Shown: piece after piece, positions 26,015-42,620 of the stretch
How the letters are laid out: each line of letters starts with the position of its first letter
How positions within the stretch are numbered: position 1 is the first letter of the stretch
Source: Nymphaea colorata
Lineage: Eukaryota
Assembly (NCBI RefSeq): GCF_008831285.2
Contig: NC_045138.2
Span: 16,616,001 to 16,680,000, forward strand
DNA: 64,000 bases
Reading direction: 5' to 3'
Made by a program: the position numbers and the translations under genes
The notes under the pieces: generated by a model
What the model was told of the DNA's origin: nothing
The model's input: the letters and a program-made list of their open reading frames with translations, nothing else
Database searches by the model: none

Positions 26015-28042
26015 GAATATTGAAGCATAACCAGTTTCATATTGGACTTCAAATTTCCAGTTTCATATTAGCCGTCAAATTTAAGAATATGCCTGCCAGT
26101 AAAGGTAACATCAATTAATGTGGATGGAAACCATTTCTATAACTCGATGCGTAATAATAATAAAGTAATTGGATACTTTTCTCAGGAAGCTGGTACATAG
26201 TTTAGGGTATATTGGTCATTAGCTTCCTTTAAACAAGTTTGGGGACACAGTCTTCATTCATCTTTCAAGGAAGTAGCATTGTAAACTCACAAGTCTGGGA
26301 ACCCAGTCTTCAAACTCTCAAGGAAGTGGTATTGTAAATTCTCAAGGGGTTTGGTAAAGCTGGTCGTTCTACAAGGTCACCACTAATTCGATAATGGTAG
26401 ACTTAAACCTAAGCCTAAGCAAATGTAGGCATTGAGTTGCGCGAGAGTGAGTTAGGTGCACCAGAATTCGGGAACAAAAGGGAGTTGGGGTATTTTGGAA
26501 ATGTTCAAAAGTTCTTTTTTAACTTCTTTTTGGGCTCCTATAAAGCGCTCTCCTTTTTACTACTGACCACTAGTGTTTTACTTTCATGGATTATGGGTGA
26601 GCGAGAGGTCCATCCTTATCGCCCCAAGCTAAGCTGAACACCCTTTTATTTCCCTGTCTTTGAGGTTGTGAACTGTGTTGGTGTGTGCAGTCTTCAACTT
26701 AAATGCTATGCCCTACCACCTTAATACAAGAACATAACTCTCACAGAAATCGAATTAGTGACATGTCTTTTTACCGTTATACTACCCTTGAAGTTCATTC
26801 AGCTCCCTTGAAACTTGAAAAAAAAAAAAAACTCATGGTATGCAATTTCTCCACTGGTGATGACATTAAATATAAAATCATTTGAATGAGCAAAAAAGTT
26901 ACTATTAGTATGTATAGATTAAATATAAAATCAAAATTACATAAGAACAATGAAAATAGAAATTCAACTTATTGAAAAATTAATTAAGAATTAATAATAT
27001 ATGTCAACATGACATGTCACGTTTTTGTGTCGGCTGACGAATTCAATCAGTTTGTCACTATTGGACACAACTTTGGGTTCAGAACATCGCTCTTTGGGAG
27101 CTCAGAAAATGCCTGAACAATTATAGTAACTCTCTAATTACCTAAAACAACTTAGAAATAAGCATTGGGAGGACAACTCTTTAAAAAAGATCAAATAGTT
27201 ATTACCTTTCAGTTGACGACTTTCTTGCGGAACTCACTCAATATGGTCATGATTTAATATGATTCCCTTTTATTTATGCGCATATTCCAAAAATGTGTAT
27301 CTAAAATGCCTAAATAAACTATGGGACAAACTTTACTTGTTTGAACGTACTTTTGAAACACTTCCCACTCCCACCAAGAAACAAATGTTCTCTTTTAGGA
27401 ACCCTGCCCTTATGTTGTACACTTGTAATTTTGAGTTGGGTTATACGAATGCCACCATGAATGATTTACAGATTTAGGGTTTTGTAGATATTTTCTCATG
27501 ATGTGAGTAAGGATGTTAAAAAGATCGGACTCGAATAGATTTACCTTTAAATATTATAAATTATTTTTAAAATTTAAAAAGTGAAAAATAATGAGAGTTT
27601 TTACCGAAATGCAGCCATGTATGTCGGTATTGTATCATTAATCAAACAGACATGCCGCAAATTCTTATATTTATAACAATGATAATATGTATAACATTTG
27701 CCAAACTCTAAACTTTTTGGATTGGTATTAAGTTTGCAGATTTTACCAATTTTTTAGTTATAAAAAATTAGTTTAGAAAGTAAAAAATCATCCAATGGAG
27801 GCTTATCTTTCGTTAATCAGAGATTAAGAGTCAGAAATCAACTATGTTCTTGTTCGAGTATCCTCCGTGGAAGCCACATTTACTCAGTGACCATGCTGCT
27901 GATAGTTGGTCTGCCCGGAGTAGCCTCAGGCTCAGGGGAGTAACCAGTGTCCATCTGAGAGAGAGAGAGAGAGAGGGAGCCCAACGGGGTCTCTTTCTTG
28001 CTTTTGCGTAGCCGCAGGTCTCATCCTGTGTTTCTGAAGCAA

Positions 28043-31000
28043 ATGGTTCGGTTAATTCATTGCTGTGTGGCCGTGTCATGGGCGTCAAGAAGACTTCTCC
28101 TCCCTTCACCACCTCTTGCTGTCCAAGCCTATCCTCTTTCTCTCCAATCTTGCTGCCGCAGGCGCATCACCGTCTCTCTTCCGCGCCATGCTCTTTGCTT
28201 CTCTGCTGGACCCCTGGCGGACGAACCACTCCAAGAGAGCATCTCTTTCAAGCCAACTAAAAGAGTGAGTTCTCTGATGCCCACCTCTTTAAATTCTTTG
28301 TAAAGTCCCCCAAGAGACTGAAACTATCAAGCTTGTAAACTTGCTTTGAATCCCCTTGCTGCCATTGAGCCAACTCCTCACTCCTTTGAAACGCAATATG
28401 GCAATTCGTTCAGCTTTCCTTCTTATAGTCTGATCCATCGCACGCTTATCTGTTTATGCGACTGTAGCGTACATGTGGTCTTAACGCCTGGTCAATTTTG
28501 GATATCAAATTGCTGGTCCCAGTTCTTACCGTGATTGCATCCTTGCTTGGTTCTTAGGTTATTTCTGTGTCGCTACTACTGCGACTACTGATGCTCCTAA
28601 CTCTGTCATTGTTGCTACTAGTTCTATTATACAGCTATTCTCTAACTTAAAATGTAATTTTATCAACTTTTTTTTGGCTTTCATGTCCCATCCCTAGCTC
28701 CGCTATTTCTCTTTCTTGATGTATCAATGCCTGTCCACATGTCTGGTGTTCATATCCTTCTGAACCCTCGTTCCAGAACTTATCAATTGCATTGTTCCAT
28801 CTCCATGCAGGATGCATTGGAATCTGGTCTATATCTCGTGGCAACCCCAATTGGTAACCTAGAGGATATTACACTGCGGTATGATGTTAGCTTTTAGTTT
28901 GGTTCTTAAAAATATGAACTATAAGTATATGCCATCATAAGCTGTCTAATGAACATGATTTGGAGCCCTTGAAATGTCTAATTTAAATATTGATTCTCCT
29001 CTTCTTAGTGTTATCTGTATCTTTTCTTGCATTTTCTATCTCCTTTTCATATTTCCTTCTTAGTGTTAGTCTTTTCATATAGTTCTTGTTGTTAGCCGAA
29101 AGTTCTTTCACTGCAGGGCACTACGTGTTTTGAAGTCGGCTAACTTAATACTATCGGAAGATACAAGACACTCTGGAAAGTTGCTCCAGCACTACAATAT
29201 TAAGACGCCCCTTGTAAGATATTTCCATTGTTAATGCACAGGCGTACAAGCACATGCATATACGCAGAATTGTTTTTTTATATTAGATATAAAAAAATAT
29301 CAGGGTTAGAAAGGATATTTGTAAAGTGGCTGAACTTTTGATTAGCATGTTAATTTCCATTGAGGCCATAAAACTTGAATATGCTTTGACATGTCTTTTG
29401 TCCTTGTCTGTCTTTTTTCTTGAAGTTTTTTTCCCTGTTGCAGCTTAGCTATCACAAGTTCAATGAATCTCAGCGAGGCACATTAATCCTACAAAAACTT
29501 CAGCAAGGAGAGATCATCGCATTGATTAGTGATGCAGGGACACCAGGCATCAGTGATCCTGGAGAACAACTTGTAAGCAGTACTAGTAACACTACCTCTT
29601 TTAATGCTGATCTGATTGACAATAATGGTTTTGATTATGCTATTACATACTTCTATCTGCATTTGCAAAATTCTAGTGCTGCACCTATCTTGTTGAACAT
29701 TTCTGCTGTAATAGCATATTGGACTTGGATAGCAGCATGATTTGTATTTTGTCTCCACTACCTTTCAATTTCAACAAGCTTTTACTACCTGGCCTATACG
29801 TCATGACATATGTAACATTTCAGGTTGATGGTTCTAGTCTGAAAACTTCACCTTGAAATCCTTCATATGCCAATAGGAATATGTCCGCAATTTGTGAAAT
29901 TTCTTCCAGGATAAACTTCCAATATTAGGTGCATATTGATAGTGCATTTTGTAATATGAAAGCTGTCAGCTACATTAGTAATGTACTAAGGAACTAAAAT
30001 TGTCAGAGTAAGAAATGGCACCTACGATATCAGATGTATGTGTCCCATATGTTGTCACATGAGTTAGTGTTGCACATTTTTACCTCTTAACTTTGAGGAT
30101 TTAGATCCTATTTTTCTCTGGATCAATCAATAAGTTTGGAAATATAGAAATACATGTTCACCTAATTTTTCTTGTTTTCTGTTATGTTTCTGAGTTAAGT
30201 GGAGAGTTGCACCACACTAGTTGCAAATTTTCGAGCTTATTATTTGCTTCCTTCTTATTTGTTCTAGCGTTCAACTAAACCTAAATTTTGATGCAGACAA
30301 AGTTATGTGTGCATAACAAGATCCCTGTTTTTCCGATTCCGGGGCCATGCGCTGTGATTGCTGCTCTATCTGCCTCTGGGCTGTCAACTGATGAATTTAC
30401 ATTTGGTAATAACATAGATTTCATGTCTATAGCTAGCTACATGTACATAGATTTTCTAAATTGTCAGTGTCGTCATGCTGAAAAGAAACTTGCTCTTATT
30501 TTACAGTTTTAATTGCAAAAAGAACTCTTCTAGATATAGAAAAACATAAATTAATACTCTCTGTAATAAGCCAAACTAGTGTTAACATAGTTCAACCATG
30601 TCTTATTAGCCTCACGGTGCTTCAGAATTTAAGTATTCATAAAGAGTTTCTAAAAACTTACATTTTGAAACATGAAATTGCAGTTGTTCGATTGTAAGTT
30701 TCCCTTTGTTAGCATTCTATTAAGTATTAATGGGGGGAAATATTTCTTTCCAATTCCATGTTTGATGTAGTCAGATTATTCCAGTGCCATGCATAACCTT
30801 AATACAAATGGTATTGACTGTAGGGTGAAATCCTTTACCACCTTGCCTCCTAGGTTTTATCTGTATCTGTGGCTTACTGCACAAATGGCTTATAACAGAT
30901 TGTTTATACTTCCTCTTGAATATTCTAATTTTTATATTATCTGTAATTGTAGTGGGTTTTCTTTCTAAGCACGCTGGATCAAGAAGACAAAGGCTGCTTA

Positions 31001-33130
31001 TCTCTTCCAGTGAAGCTGCAACCCAGATTTTCTATGTTCCTCCCCACAAGATCCAGGCTTTCCTTGATGAAGTCACTGAGATTTTTAGTACTTCAAGGTT
31101 AAATTTGTGGGGACTAGCTGCTTTTTTTTTTTTGGTGTTGCTCAAAAGTGTCAAAGAAATTTTTTCTTGACTTTGAATGAGATTCTATCATTCTGTTTGT
31201 CCTTAATTTGGCAAGACCTGACTCCATCAAGTGTGGTAGTTGCACGGCGTCCTTTCCTTTTTTCATCTCTCCTGCCTTCCTTCTTTTCAAGGACATCCAC
31301 TTGATAAGATGACCTAACCACAACATAAGCAAACTGGTATAGGAAGAAATGAGAGTCCAATATGTGAATAAGCCAGAATTATGGAGAAGAGTTCGAACTT
31401 CTTTCATGTCAGATGACATTATGTAGCACTTTCTGAGTGTATTATTTTTCATAATCATGCTGCATATTTCAGTCTGTCAAGTGAGTGAATTGAAGATAAC
31501 AATTTTTGCATTTGCTGTTATAAGATACCTTTGTAGAATAGAGTCCAATTTCCATTTAATCTTTTTGTTCTTGATGATGATATTTTTGGATGATTTAGGA
31601 ACTGTGTTATTGCACGAGAGATGACGAAGGTTCATGAAGAGGTAAGATTGTATAAGTTGGCAACATGCATGGTTCATGATTTTTTAGCCGAATTCCTAGC
31701 AGGAGCATATTTCTGTAGTTCCGAACAGATCAACTGTCATGTTATGTTGTGCTTGTGAGCATTCCTGTCATGTAAAATGTGTGTACTAGTTGCTGTATAA
31801 GTCATTAATGATTAATCACTTTTCCTAAGCTTTCAAAACAATCACATCAATTGAATTTATAGCTGAAGGTCAATTACTGACTACTGAGCATCTCTTCAAA
31901 TAAACGTCTACTAGGCCGATGTTTAAGAGGTAATATTGTGGTTATATGCCTAGTTACTATGACCATTAGACTATTCCACTCGACTTCCATCTGGTTTTAA
32001 CTCATTCCCTGGAGCTTTGTCTGCTGCAGATGTTAAAAAATTTCTTTCACATATATGATTCAACTATGTGAATCACATTGAAAAAAAGAGCTATGAAGCT
32101 TTTTTCCATTTTTCCAGTATAAATATCGTATTGGTCTTGAAATCAACTGAAGTGAAACATTCCATGTTCTGATTAGTATGCTTAAGGAAGCAGTTAAGCT
32201 TCGACATCAATGCTTGAAGGGTTGATTATAGGTTGTTTCATGTGGAAGCTTTTGCCCTTCAGAAAGGCATTATTTCTTCACAAACTATATGCATTTTTTT
32301 TTATGGAAACCATGTTTAAGCCTGCAGATCAACATTTTCCTATCAAACTCCATCTTATCATGTTTGTGAAGTAATTCTTTTGTGTTCATATTTTTAGTCC
32401 TGTAGCAAAATTCTTCCTTTAGCTTTGAATTTCCTGTCTCTTACTAGAATTTTTCTTGCTTTTATGATAACATCTCTCCCCAAATTCAGTTCTGGCGTGG
32501 CACATTAGGTGAAGCAAAAGAAGCTTTTTCAAGCTACCAGCCAAAAGGAGAGATAACAATTTTGGTTGAGGGGAAAAGGGACTCTGCTGCAGAAGTCCCT
32601 TCAGAAGCAGAAATTGCACATGAATTGAGGGAACTGGTATCAAATGGTCACAGCCTTTCCATGGTAATCTGGCCCTTAGGTGTCTTCATTTCTAACACAA
32701 TGCATTTGGTTTAAATCATCATCCCTCTCATCCTTGCAATGCATTGGTTGGACACATTTTTGAGCAAGTGTTTCATTTACCTGCAACAATCCTGATCCTT
32801 GTAATAACCACTGGTCCAGAATTATTCTGACAATGTTTAGTTTGATATTAGTATATTGGACTGAAAATGATGCAAGGATTCTTGTATCTCATCATACTGG
32901 AAAGTCAGTGTCCATGTAAAAGCTCCATATGCAATTTGCAGTTTCTTTAGATCTCCTTTTTCTCATCTTTTTTTTAAATATCCTTATTGGTTGTTTAGTC
33001 TTCCATGTAGGCAGTGAAAATGGTATCAGAAAGTACAACAGTGAAGAGGAAGTCAGTTTATTCACTCGCCTTGAAGATCTTTGGAGATAAAACAGAACTT
33101 CCAAAACAGGTTTCTAGTGAAAAGGATTGA
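28043..33130 (+). CDS. rsmI: Ribosomal RNA small subunit methyltransferase I-like (RsmI; tetrapyrrole methylase family), probably organelle-targeted, about 368 aa, 9 exons
   Basis: Exons 28043-28264, 28811-28878, 29117-29213, 29444-29572, 30297-30405, 30953-31097, 31599-31641, 32490-32663 and 33011-33130 join in frame (1107 nt). Motifs: LYLVATPIGNLEDITLRALRVL, SEDTRHSGKLL, ALISDAGTPGISDPG, PIPGPCA, ARE(M)TKVHEEFWRGTL, KGEITILV. The N-terminal 74 aa look like a transit peptide. Confidence 0.93.
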
Positions 33131-35495
33131 CATTCTGAAAGGTAGAAGGAACATTAATTTGATTATGGTACTATTTTGCACAATTGAAAGGTCTACCTTT
33201 GATATCTTTATTCAATAGAAGAATAGGATAACTTTGACTATTTTGAAGTGTGAAGTTCTGCTTTTCTGTTCTTCTGGGGTTTCAATTCAGCAATTATTGG
33301 TTTTCAGGTATTCCTTGAGGCATTCAGTATCTGAATGGCATGTTGCTGCTGCTGTGGCTGATGAGCTGGCAATTAGAACATGGTCATGCTATCCATGTTT
33401 TTTACGTGCTTTGCTCAGTTTGAAAATCCAGCGTGAAGCTTCCCAATCGTCCATTCATATGGATTGGAACTCATGTTTCCCTGGAGGCAATCAAGTGTGC
33501 TGCAGGATCCACTCCTGTTGGTGAAGATTCTCGCGTTCACTACTCTTTTAGTTTGATCGGAACCATGAAGATTGTGCATATGCCTATGTCACCAATATCA
33601 GCATCTATGTCACCGATATCAGCATCGGAGATTAATCATTTTAGGAGAATCAGTGTACTTTAAAATCTGTTGCTAGACATTTCTTAAACCAGAAAGCACG
33701 ATTCATAATTCGAATCTGTATTTACCCATACGGGCCGACGCTAATAATGTAGCTGAATCATCAGATGTATTAGTTGGATATACTGAAACTGTATCACGAC
33801 TGCTTTGACTTTTGAATGTAACATCTAGCCACCAGACGCATGAAATTCTATCTGAGCTGATGATGGTTGTTTTGAACGCGAATCCCCCGAGTAAATGAAG
33901 CAGATATGCAGTGCTGATTTGTACAGCAGACAATTATCGAACTTATCATAATCATTTCAATATTTGCTTCTGTAATGGGTTTGATCTAATCCATTGACAA
34001 CCCAATTAGTGTTCTTGATTAGCCTGTTAATTTTTTTTCTTGAATCTCGACAACCATGCTTAACCTTTTTCCAACCATAATTTTCTTGTAACACAGAAAT
34101 AAGTAAAATGCTTTCTAACACTTTCCTAGTTCCATTTTTCTCATGGCATGTAAGGAACATAAAATATTTCAAAATAAAAAACCTGATACATCTTTGCATG
34201 CAAAAATCATGGAACTTCCTTTTTGATGTTTATGTTTGTCCTTAACCGATGAATGGACTTGCCTTTGGTGGTGGCTTCGGTATGCCATGTGTACACATAA
34301 TCTTGTTCACCCGTGTTTGGTGATCAGGGAACAAACAAATATAGGGACTTCGAGAATTGCTGTAAGCAGCTTGATATATGAATTCACGAATTATCACATC
34401 AAGCGACCTTGTGAAAATGCATGTGCAAGCTACCATTTGACCAATAAAACTTGTTTTATGCTATTGGATCATGAACAATTAGGTGGTGGCTTTCTCATAC
34501 CATCTTAATGGATTTCCTTCTAAATATCACACAGTGGGAGCCCAGTGAAGGGAGCATCCAAAACAAGTGAGTGTGGGGAGGCGCTTCCAATGCCACTTTT
34601 AGAGAGGATTTGGGCAGAGATGTAAATGGTTAGTATACAGTTATTTTCCGGATTTTCTGGTAGGTCAATTCAACCATTCAACATGTTGAAATGATCCAAG
34701 CAGCTTCAACAGAACAGATGGCAGATTGCGTGCGCCGTGCTGCGTGTCATCACTCAACTGATTGTTTGAGCAGAAGAAAGGGACGGCGATTCGGCCGTAA
34801 CCGTCGCCTTTTGAATTAGGGGCGGGGATCAAGATTGCCCTTTTCTTTAGGGGTTAAAACGGTTCGGTGATTTTCTTTCGAAAATTAAAAGCTTTTTTAC
34901 AATTTTTCACAAGGACCAACTTTAGTTTTCAAATTTTTACATGGGCTCAAATTATTATTTTTTTTCTAAATTGTAAAGGGTAGTTTCCTCTCTCAAAATC
35001 TCAAAAAGTTGTGTTTGTTTCATTGCGGATGTTAGATCTGTGCCGATCTGAGATCCATTGTCTATGGTCGTATCCATCTGACCTTAACTCTATGGTTTTT
35101 AATATTTAGTATGGATTTTCTAAAACATACCTTTTAATGCAGTCAGGCTAAAAACTCAACCAAAGGGATTGTGGCCCGCACCAAAGTAGATTACATTCTT
35201 CAAGCAGAGCAAAATACCAACATAAATTTCCAAAAAAAAAGGATCTTCGATTGAAGAGAATATTAACTGGCTGAGGTAAAGATAATTGGATCGAGCTTCG
35301 AAAGACCTTCCAATATCAGACCCGCTCGAGACACCAAGCTTTTACATCTCGCATCAAATCAAAGCAGAAAATGACAATGGCAGTAATTTTCTAGAGAGAG
35401 AAGAAGGTTAGATTGTGTAAACTGATTGAATTTTCTTTTCTCTCGAGACACATGGTTTTGCACACACGTAGCAGGAAGAGCGGGGAGCTTCTTCC

Positions 35496-35501
35496 TATAA
35501 A
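35496..35501 (+). promoter_or_regulatory. Probable TATA box of haemoglobin copy 1
   Basis: CCTATAAA lies about 120 bp upstream of the ATG, followed by a pyrimidine-rich leader. Confidence 0.6.
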
Positions 35502-35615
35502 GAGGGCCAAGAAGTGACCAGAGAGATCCAGTTCCTTCTTTCCTTTGGCTTTCCCTCTTCTCTTTGCCCTCCTCTTCCTTTCAGTTCTAAGTTTAGTGAC
35601 TTTCAGAGGATCACC

Positions 35616-36734
<1,119 letters not shown>

Positions 36735-37431
36735 GGACTCTACTAGAAAATGCTTTCGAATAAAGCCATGCCTTACTTTTCTGTAAGGCAAAAAGGAAGA
36801 GGAGACAACTGAGGGACTCTACTAGCAAATGCTTTCCAAGCGGCAATAAATATGATATGAATTTTGTTCTGTTTCCAGGTAGCAAAGAGTGCTAATCTAC
36901 TGGTTTCGATCAATATTTTGTGGTTTCATGTGTATGATCAGAAAATAATAATCAAAGGCAATATTTTGCTCTCTCTCTTTGTGGCGTCTCAGATCTGAAT
37001 TTTTTGCAAATCTATGTCGCCAAAATCTAGTGTTTGTTTAATTAGTGAGTCCGACAATATATGGATTTTAGATCAGCTTCAGATTTTCCGGAAGAACTAT
37101 TTAGAAAGCAAAATCCTGGTTTCCTTGCCACACATTTGTTGGCGAAGATCACTTCTTATCTCAAAATCAATTCTAACCTGTCTGTTTTTTGGAAATTTGA
37201 TTCTATAAGAAATTTGAATCATTCTCTTGAAGCTTATCATCAACATTTACTTGATCCAATAGAAAAATCTTTATTTATTGAACCTTTCGATATAATCAAA
37301 TAAAATGTAGTGAGAGCACTACATGAACCCAAATCATGCAATTGAATAAATCTACATTGCCGCCCTATCTATTGCAGGTAGAGGGTTCTTTCTACTTATT
37401 GAGTGAGTGTTTTTTTATTATTAGTTACATT

Positions 37432-37588
37432 GGTGGGTGGAAAAAAAGAAAAAAAAAATAAAAATTACATACAATTTTTAAAAAAATTGTGTATTTTATA
37501 TAAGAATTTTGAAAAATGATATTTCGGTCCTATCAAAATTTAAAACCACAATTCAGCCCCTCATGAAAAAATCTTGGCATGACCCCTA
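37432..37588. mobile_element. Degenerate hAT-type MITE (same family as about 43176-43349)
   Basis: Shares GAAAAAT(G/A)ATATTTCGGTCCTA..TCAAAATTT..ATTCAG..CCCTCAT..AAAAAATCT..CCCCTAG with 43270-43350. Flanking GTTACATT / GTTACAAT may be an 8-bp TSD. Confidence 0.55.
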
Positions 37589-38417
37589 GTTACAATTGAT
37601 TAATATTTTGAACTTTCAAATTGCTTCTTGCTCGAGAACAAGGCTGGTAATAGAGGAGCGAAATTTGACAAATTGAAACCGGTTTTCGCAAAATAATATT
37701 TTTTTATGAAGTTGTCTTCCGAACACAAAAGCTTAGTTTTTTAACTGAGGTTCGTTTTCCTTGCGATTTTTTTTTTATATAAACATATGCCCATTAAACC
37801 TTTCCCATTTAAGAATACTGCACGTCATATTCATTTTTGTCCAAAAAAATGCTCAAACCAATGGTAGTGTTTTAGTGACGACTTTGTCCCGTTGTGAGAG
37901 TACTATTCTTCATCGAAAAAAAAAAATATAATTTCACTAATGAAGCAAACGATCGACTGGACCTGAACACATTGAGCACTGCTGCCGACATCTGTTAGGT
38001 AAGTTTTGATGTACAGGATGGTAAAATTTTCAGAAAAAAATTACGGTAGAAAAAAGTCTTTAGAGAGGTTTTTGCAGGAGATTTTTTCATGCAGGATAAA
38101 ATTCTCAGTGTTTGACAATGCAGGAGAAAACCGTACCGGATGAAATTGTTACGATGCACAGTTTTTTTCTTGTGGTAGTTTGATAAAAACATGTTTAAGC
38201 TAAAACTTTGATCATCTAATCACGAGTTTTACGTTTCATTTAGGCAATTAAATGAAAGACACGTATTAAAATTGTTTGTTGTGATTTTTTTGACGTTTAT
38301 ACTACTTATGACATTCTTAGTAGCTTTATAAAATCGTATCCAAAGATAGATGGAGTGCAACATTTCACAGTCTCAACACCGGCACGGGGACCAGAATGTC
38401 AGCAAAATACTGCTAGA

Positions 38418-38419
<2 letters not shown>

Positions 38420-38509
<90 letters not shown>

Positions 38510-38510
38510 G
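38420..38510. repeat. Compound microsatellite (AT)n(AG)n
   Basis: Read directly. Confidence 0.97.
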
Positions 38511-39435
38511 GAGAGGCATCATAATCAAACAATTAATTGGATGCTGTTTCACTTAAAATTTAATATGTAATAAATTCATATTGTTAAATTTTACATAAAC
38601 GGGTATTTAACTTTTGTATATTTCAATAGGTACACCTCTTATATGCATATAAAGGAGAAAGTAAAATCTTGGCAATCAACTATTGAAACATATAAAAGAA
38701 AAAGTAAAATCTGGGTAGTCGCATCCACATCTGGTATACATATAAAAGAAAAAGTAAAATCTTTGGAATCAACTATTGGGACAAGACAAGGCCAATCTTC
38801 AATTTTATCTCTCTCATGAGTAAATGTTTCTGCAACCAACGAATAGCTCCTTCTCTCCAATGTCGTCCCCACATGTTTAGGCTGAATATTTCAATAAAGA
38901 GACAGATATAACTCATCCAGATAAGATTCATAAAAGCCGCATGAGCTTTCGCATTCATATTTTATATTTCATATCTCTAATTTTAAATATTTTTTAGGTG
39001 AGCATGAGGAACAAAACCCATTGCTCGGAAAAGAATTGCTCTGAAATTCTTTTTGGTGCTTTCACAAACACTAGTATACTGGTAAATTTAAAATAATCAA
39101 AAGTTTTATCTCATTGAAAATTTTACATTGTCGTGAAATGTGTTTTAAGATTAACGAAGTGAGCCTCTTTTTTGACATGGACGCAAACGATTTGCTACGT
39201 CAACGTTTTAGTTGGAAGATAATGTCCCAATGCATTAATGATCGCAAGGGCAAGAAACGACACGTCCTTTTCTAACATTTATGGGCGAATTCAATCATAA
39301 AAATCCTCCACTGACTTGTTAACCAAGTTTTATATATATATATATTATGGTTGAATTATTTGATGAAGCAGTTGATATTGCCAATTCTTTCGTTTGAATA
39401 TGCGACAAACATTAAGAAAAAGGAAAGATATTTTA

Positions 39436-39640
39436 CCCATTTCTTGGTGCCCAAGACTACATAGAAATAAAATAATGCCGTAAAAGGAGATGCAGTCGTC
39501 TTGTATTTATAAGCAGCTCGATCGGAAGCACTCACCACAGAGTTGTGCATCTTCTCTTCTTCCTCTTCCACTGAAACTTTTTTCCTTCTTTTCTCACTAG
39601 CGTTGAGTTTGCCAGTCGAGAGTAGTTAAGCGGAGGAGCG
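39436..39640 (+). promoter_or_regulatory. Core promoter / 5' UTR shared by haemoglobin copies 2 and 3 (TATA-like TATTTATAA at 39504-39512)
   Basis: Nearly identical to 45092-45284 (AATAATGCCGTAAAAGGAGATGCAGTCGTCTTGTATTTATAAGCAGCTCGATCGGAAGCA). Confidence 0.75.
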
Positions 39641-40504
<864 letters not shown>

Positions 40505-41039
40505 ATCCATTTCATCCAGTCCAGTTTGTATTAGGGAGTTTGTGTTCTTGGTTCAAAATCAAAAAGCTTTCTGAAGTTTTTTAGTTTGAATTGATATCAT
40601 TTGTTTGGTATCTTTTGTTCGCTTAAGTGCAAGGATTAATTCGGATCTGAACCTTCTTAAGATCAACAGTAAAGCTCATTTCGGATGTACCTATGTGCAG
40701 CCCTAAAAATGAGCGTTGAAGCCCCGAAAGGTTTCGGGTCTGAGACATCTGATCGGATTTGGATTGGATCTGAAATTGTCAAAATACAAAACGTCCATCT
40801 CAGATCCAGCCCATTTGCGGCATCCATAGTTATGAACCCACCACACGGGTTCTGTTCCTCTGTTGGATCTACACTTTCTCATCCCAAATTCTTACAAGTT
40901 GGTCATGATCCATTTGTTGGGCGGAAAACTTTGAACCGTGTTGTCCGATAGAAAGTGCAATACGCATGAGGCCAAAATATTTACAATCTTTCTTCGACAT
41001 TCCCTTGTAAATTATTGTAAAAACTTATATACATATGCA

Positions 41040-42249
41040 TCATAATCAAGTAAATAATTGAATGCTGTTTCACCTAAGATTTAGCTATGTAACATAAATT
41101 GACATAGTTAAATTTTACGCAAAGATGTATTTAACTTTCATAGATTTGAATAAGCAAACCTGTTAGTTCGATAAACTCAACTCGTAAACGAGTCGAGTTC
41201 GAGTTAAGAAATGAAAAGAAATGAATTTGATCATATAAACAAGTCGAGTTCAAGTTAAGTGGCTTCAACTCGGTTAAACTTGAAAGCGAGGATATATATA
41301 GTAGGTTCAAAATCATTGTCCATTAATAGATTATCCTCAACGATATCAACATTAGGTATGTTATCAGTACTTTCACAAATGTTACTTAGTTTATCTTCAA
41401 ACAACATTCTCATCACTTTTCTTTATCGGTCTTGCATCCATAATTTTAACAAAAAAAGTAATAAAAAAACAATTCAATAAATAAGAATTTTTTTTACTCT
41501 GACAATGAATATGAAAATAAACAACAATATATAAAAGAACCAAAACATCATTGGATCTACATCAAACCTATTGGTATGAACATAAACCATTAACCAAATC
41601 CCCTAATATGAAAACATTGAGGGAAAGTGATTATGTGCATAAGATGTAAAATGATCCAACTGGAATCAAATGCAGTTAATTCATCATTATTTTATTTAAG
41701 ATATAGGCTAACTTTTGTGGACCATTTTTTAAATCCTTTCAATAGAAGCCCACCCTTCAATTGTAGCCCACATTTATATAAATAGTGAAATTTTTTTAAT
41801 TATTCTTTTTTGACTTTGTAGGTGAAACAACCAAAATGTGATCTATAGATAGTCATTCTTGGTGGTCACAAAAGCAATATATATATATATATATATATAT
41901 AAAAGAGAGAGTGGGAGGTACTCACCTGGGGAGGAGATGTTTAATTTACATATTGAAAAAAAAAAGTTGTAAAGACAAAACTAAAAATCGGTAAAAAATT
42001 ATGAAGGACATTTCTTTTAAATAAATTACCAAAATATCTTTCCTGTCCACCGTGTGCCCGACACACTTAACCTTCTCTCTATAAAATAACCAATGAGTTT
42101 TCCATCAATACATGTAAGGGTAAATTAATCCCTATCAAAATCCTTCTCTTTTTTTCTTTTTCAGTTTAATCCTCAACCTTATTTTTCTGCATAATCAATA
42201 GATGAACTAATTCCCACCCACTTTGGTACGTTAGGGTTTGGTGCCTACC

Positions 42250-42293
<44 letters not shown>

Positions 42294-42620
42294 GAGGAGG
42301 GAGGCGGAGCCACGGCTATGGCCTGAGTGAGCGCGACCTGTTGCTCCTCTTGACCCGACCCACAGATCATTTGGTTCGAGACCCGCTAACCATTTGGCCT
42401 GCTCCTGAAAAAAATCTTAGCTCCGTCTTATATATATATATATACACTAAACGGAAGCTGGAGAAAACAAAATTGACCTAAAATCTAAAAGTTTTGGCGA
42501 TATATTAAGAATTTCAATTTATCATTGTCCAGCGTAAAAGGGACTATAGAAAGCTGTCAAACATATTTTCATCATTAATTTTTATCCCTCCATTTTTGTA
42601 TATTGATCAACATTTGTAAC
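41040..42620 (+). repeat. Duplicated intergenic block (copy of globin-upstream DNA)
   Basis: 41040-41165 matches 38520-38635 and 43351-43387. 41600-41880 matches 43990-44250. 42447-42616 matches 44285-44451. Confidence 0.85.
42300..42429. mobile_element. Small MITE inserted in an (AT)n tract
   Basis: Ends GAGGCGGAGC ... GCTCCGTCT. Internal GACCCG/TTTGGCC motifs are shared with 48249-48398. Absent from the duplicate block at 44250-44285. Confidence 0.6.

Noticed and set aside
33110..33334. Alternative RsmI C-terminus or 3'-UTR intron (donors at 33110 or 33142, acceptor at 33307)
   Set aside because: The splice-like sites are plausible but common, and there is no independent support without transcripts.
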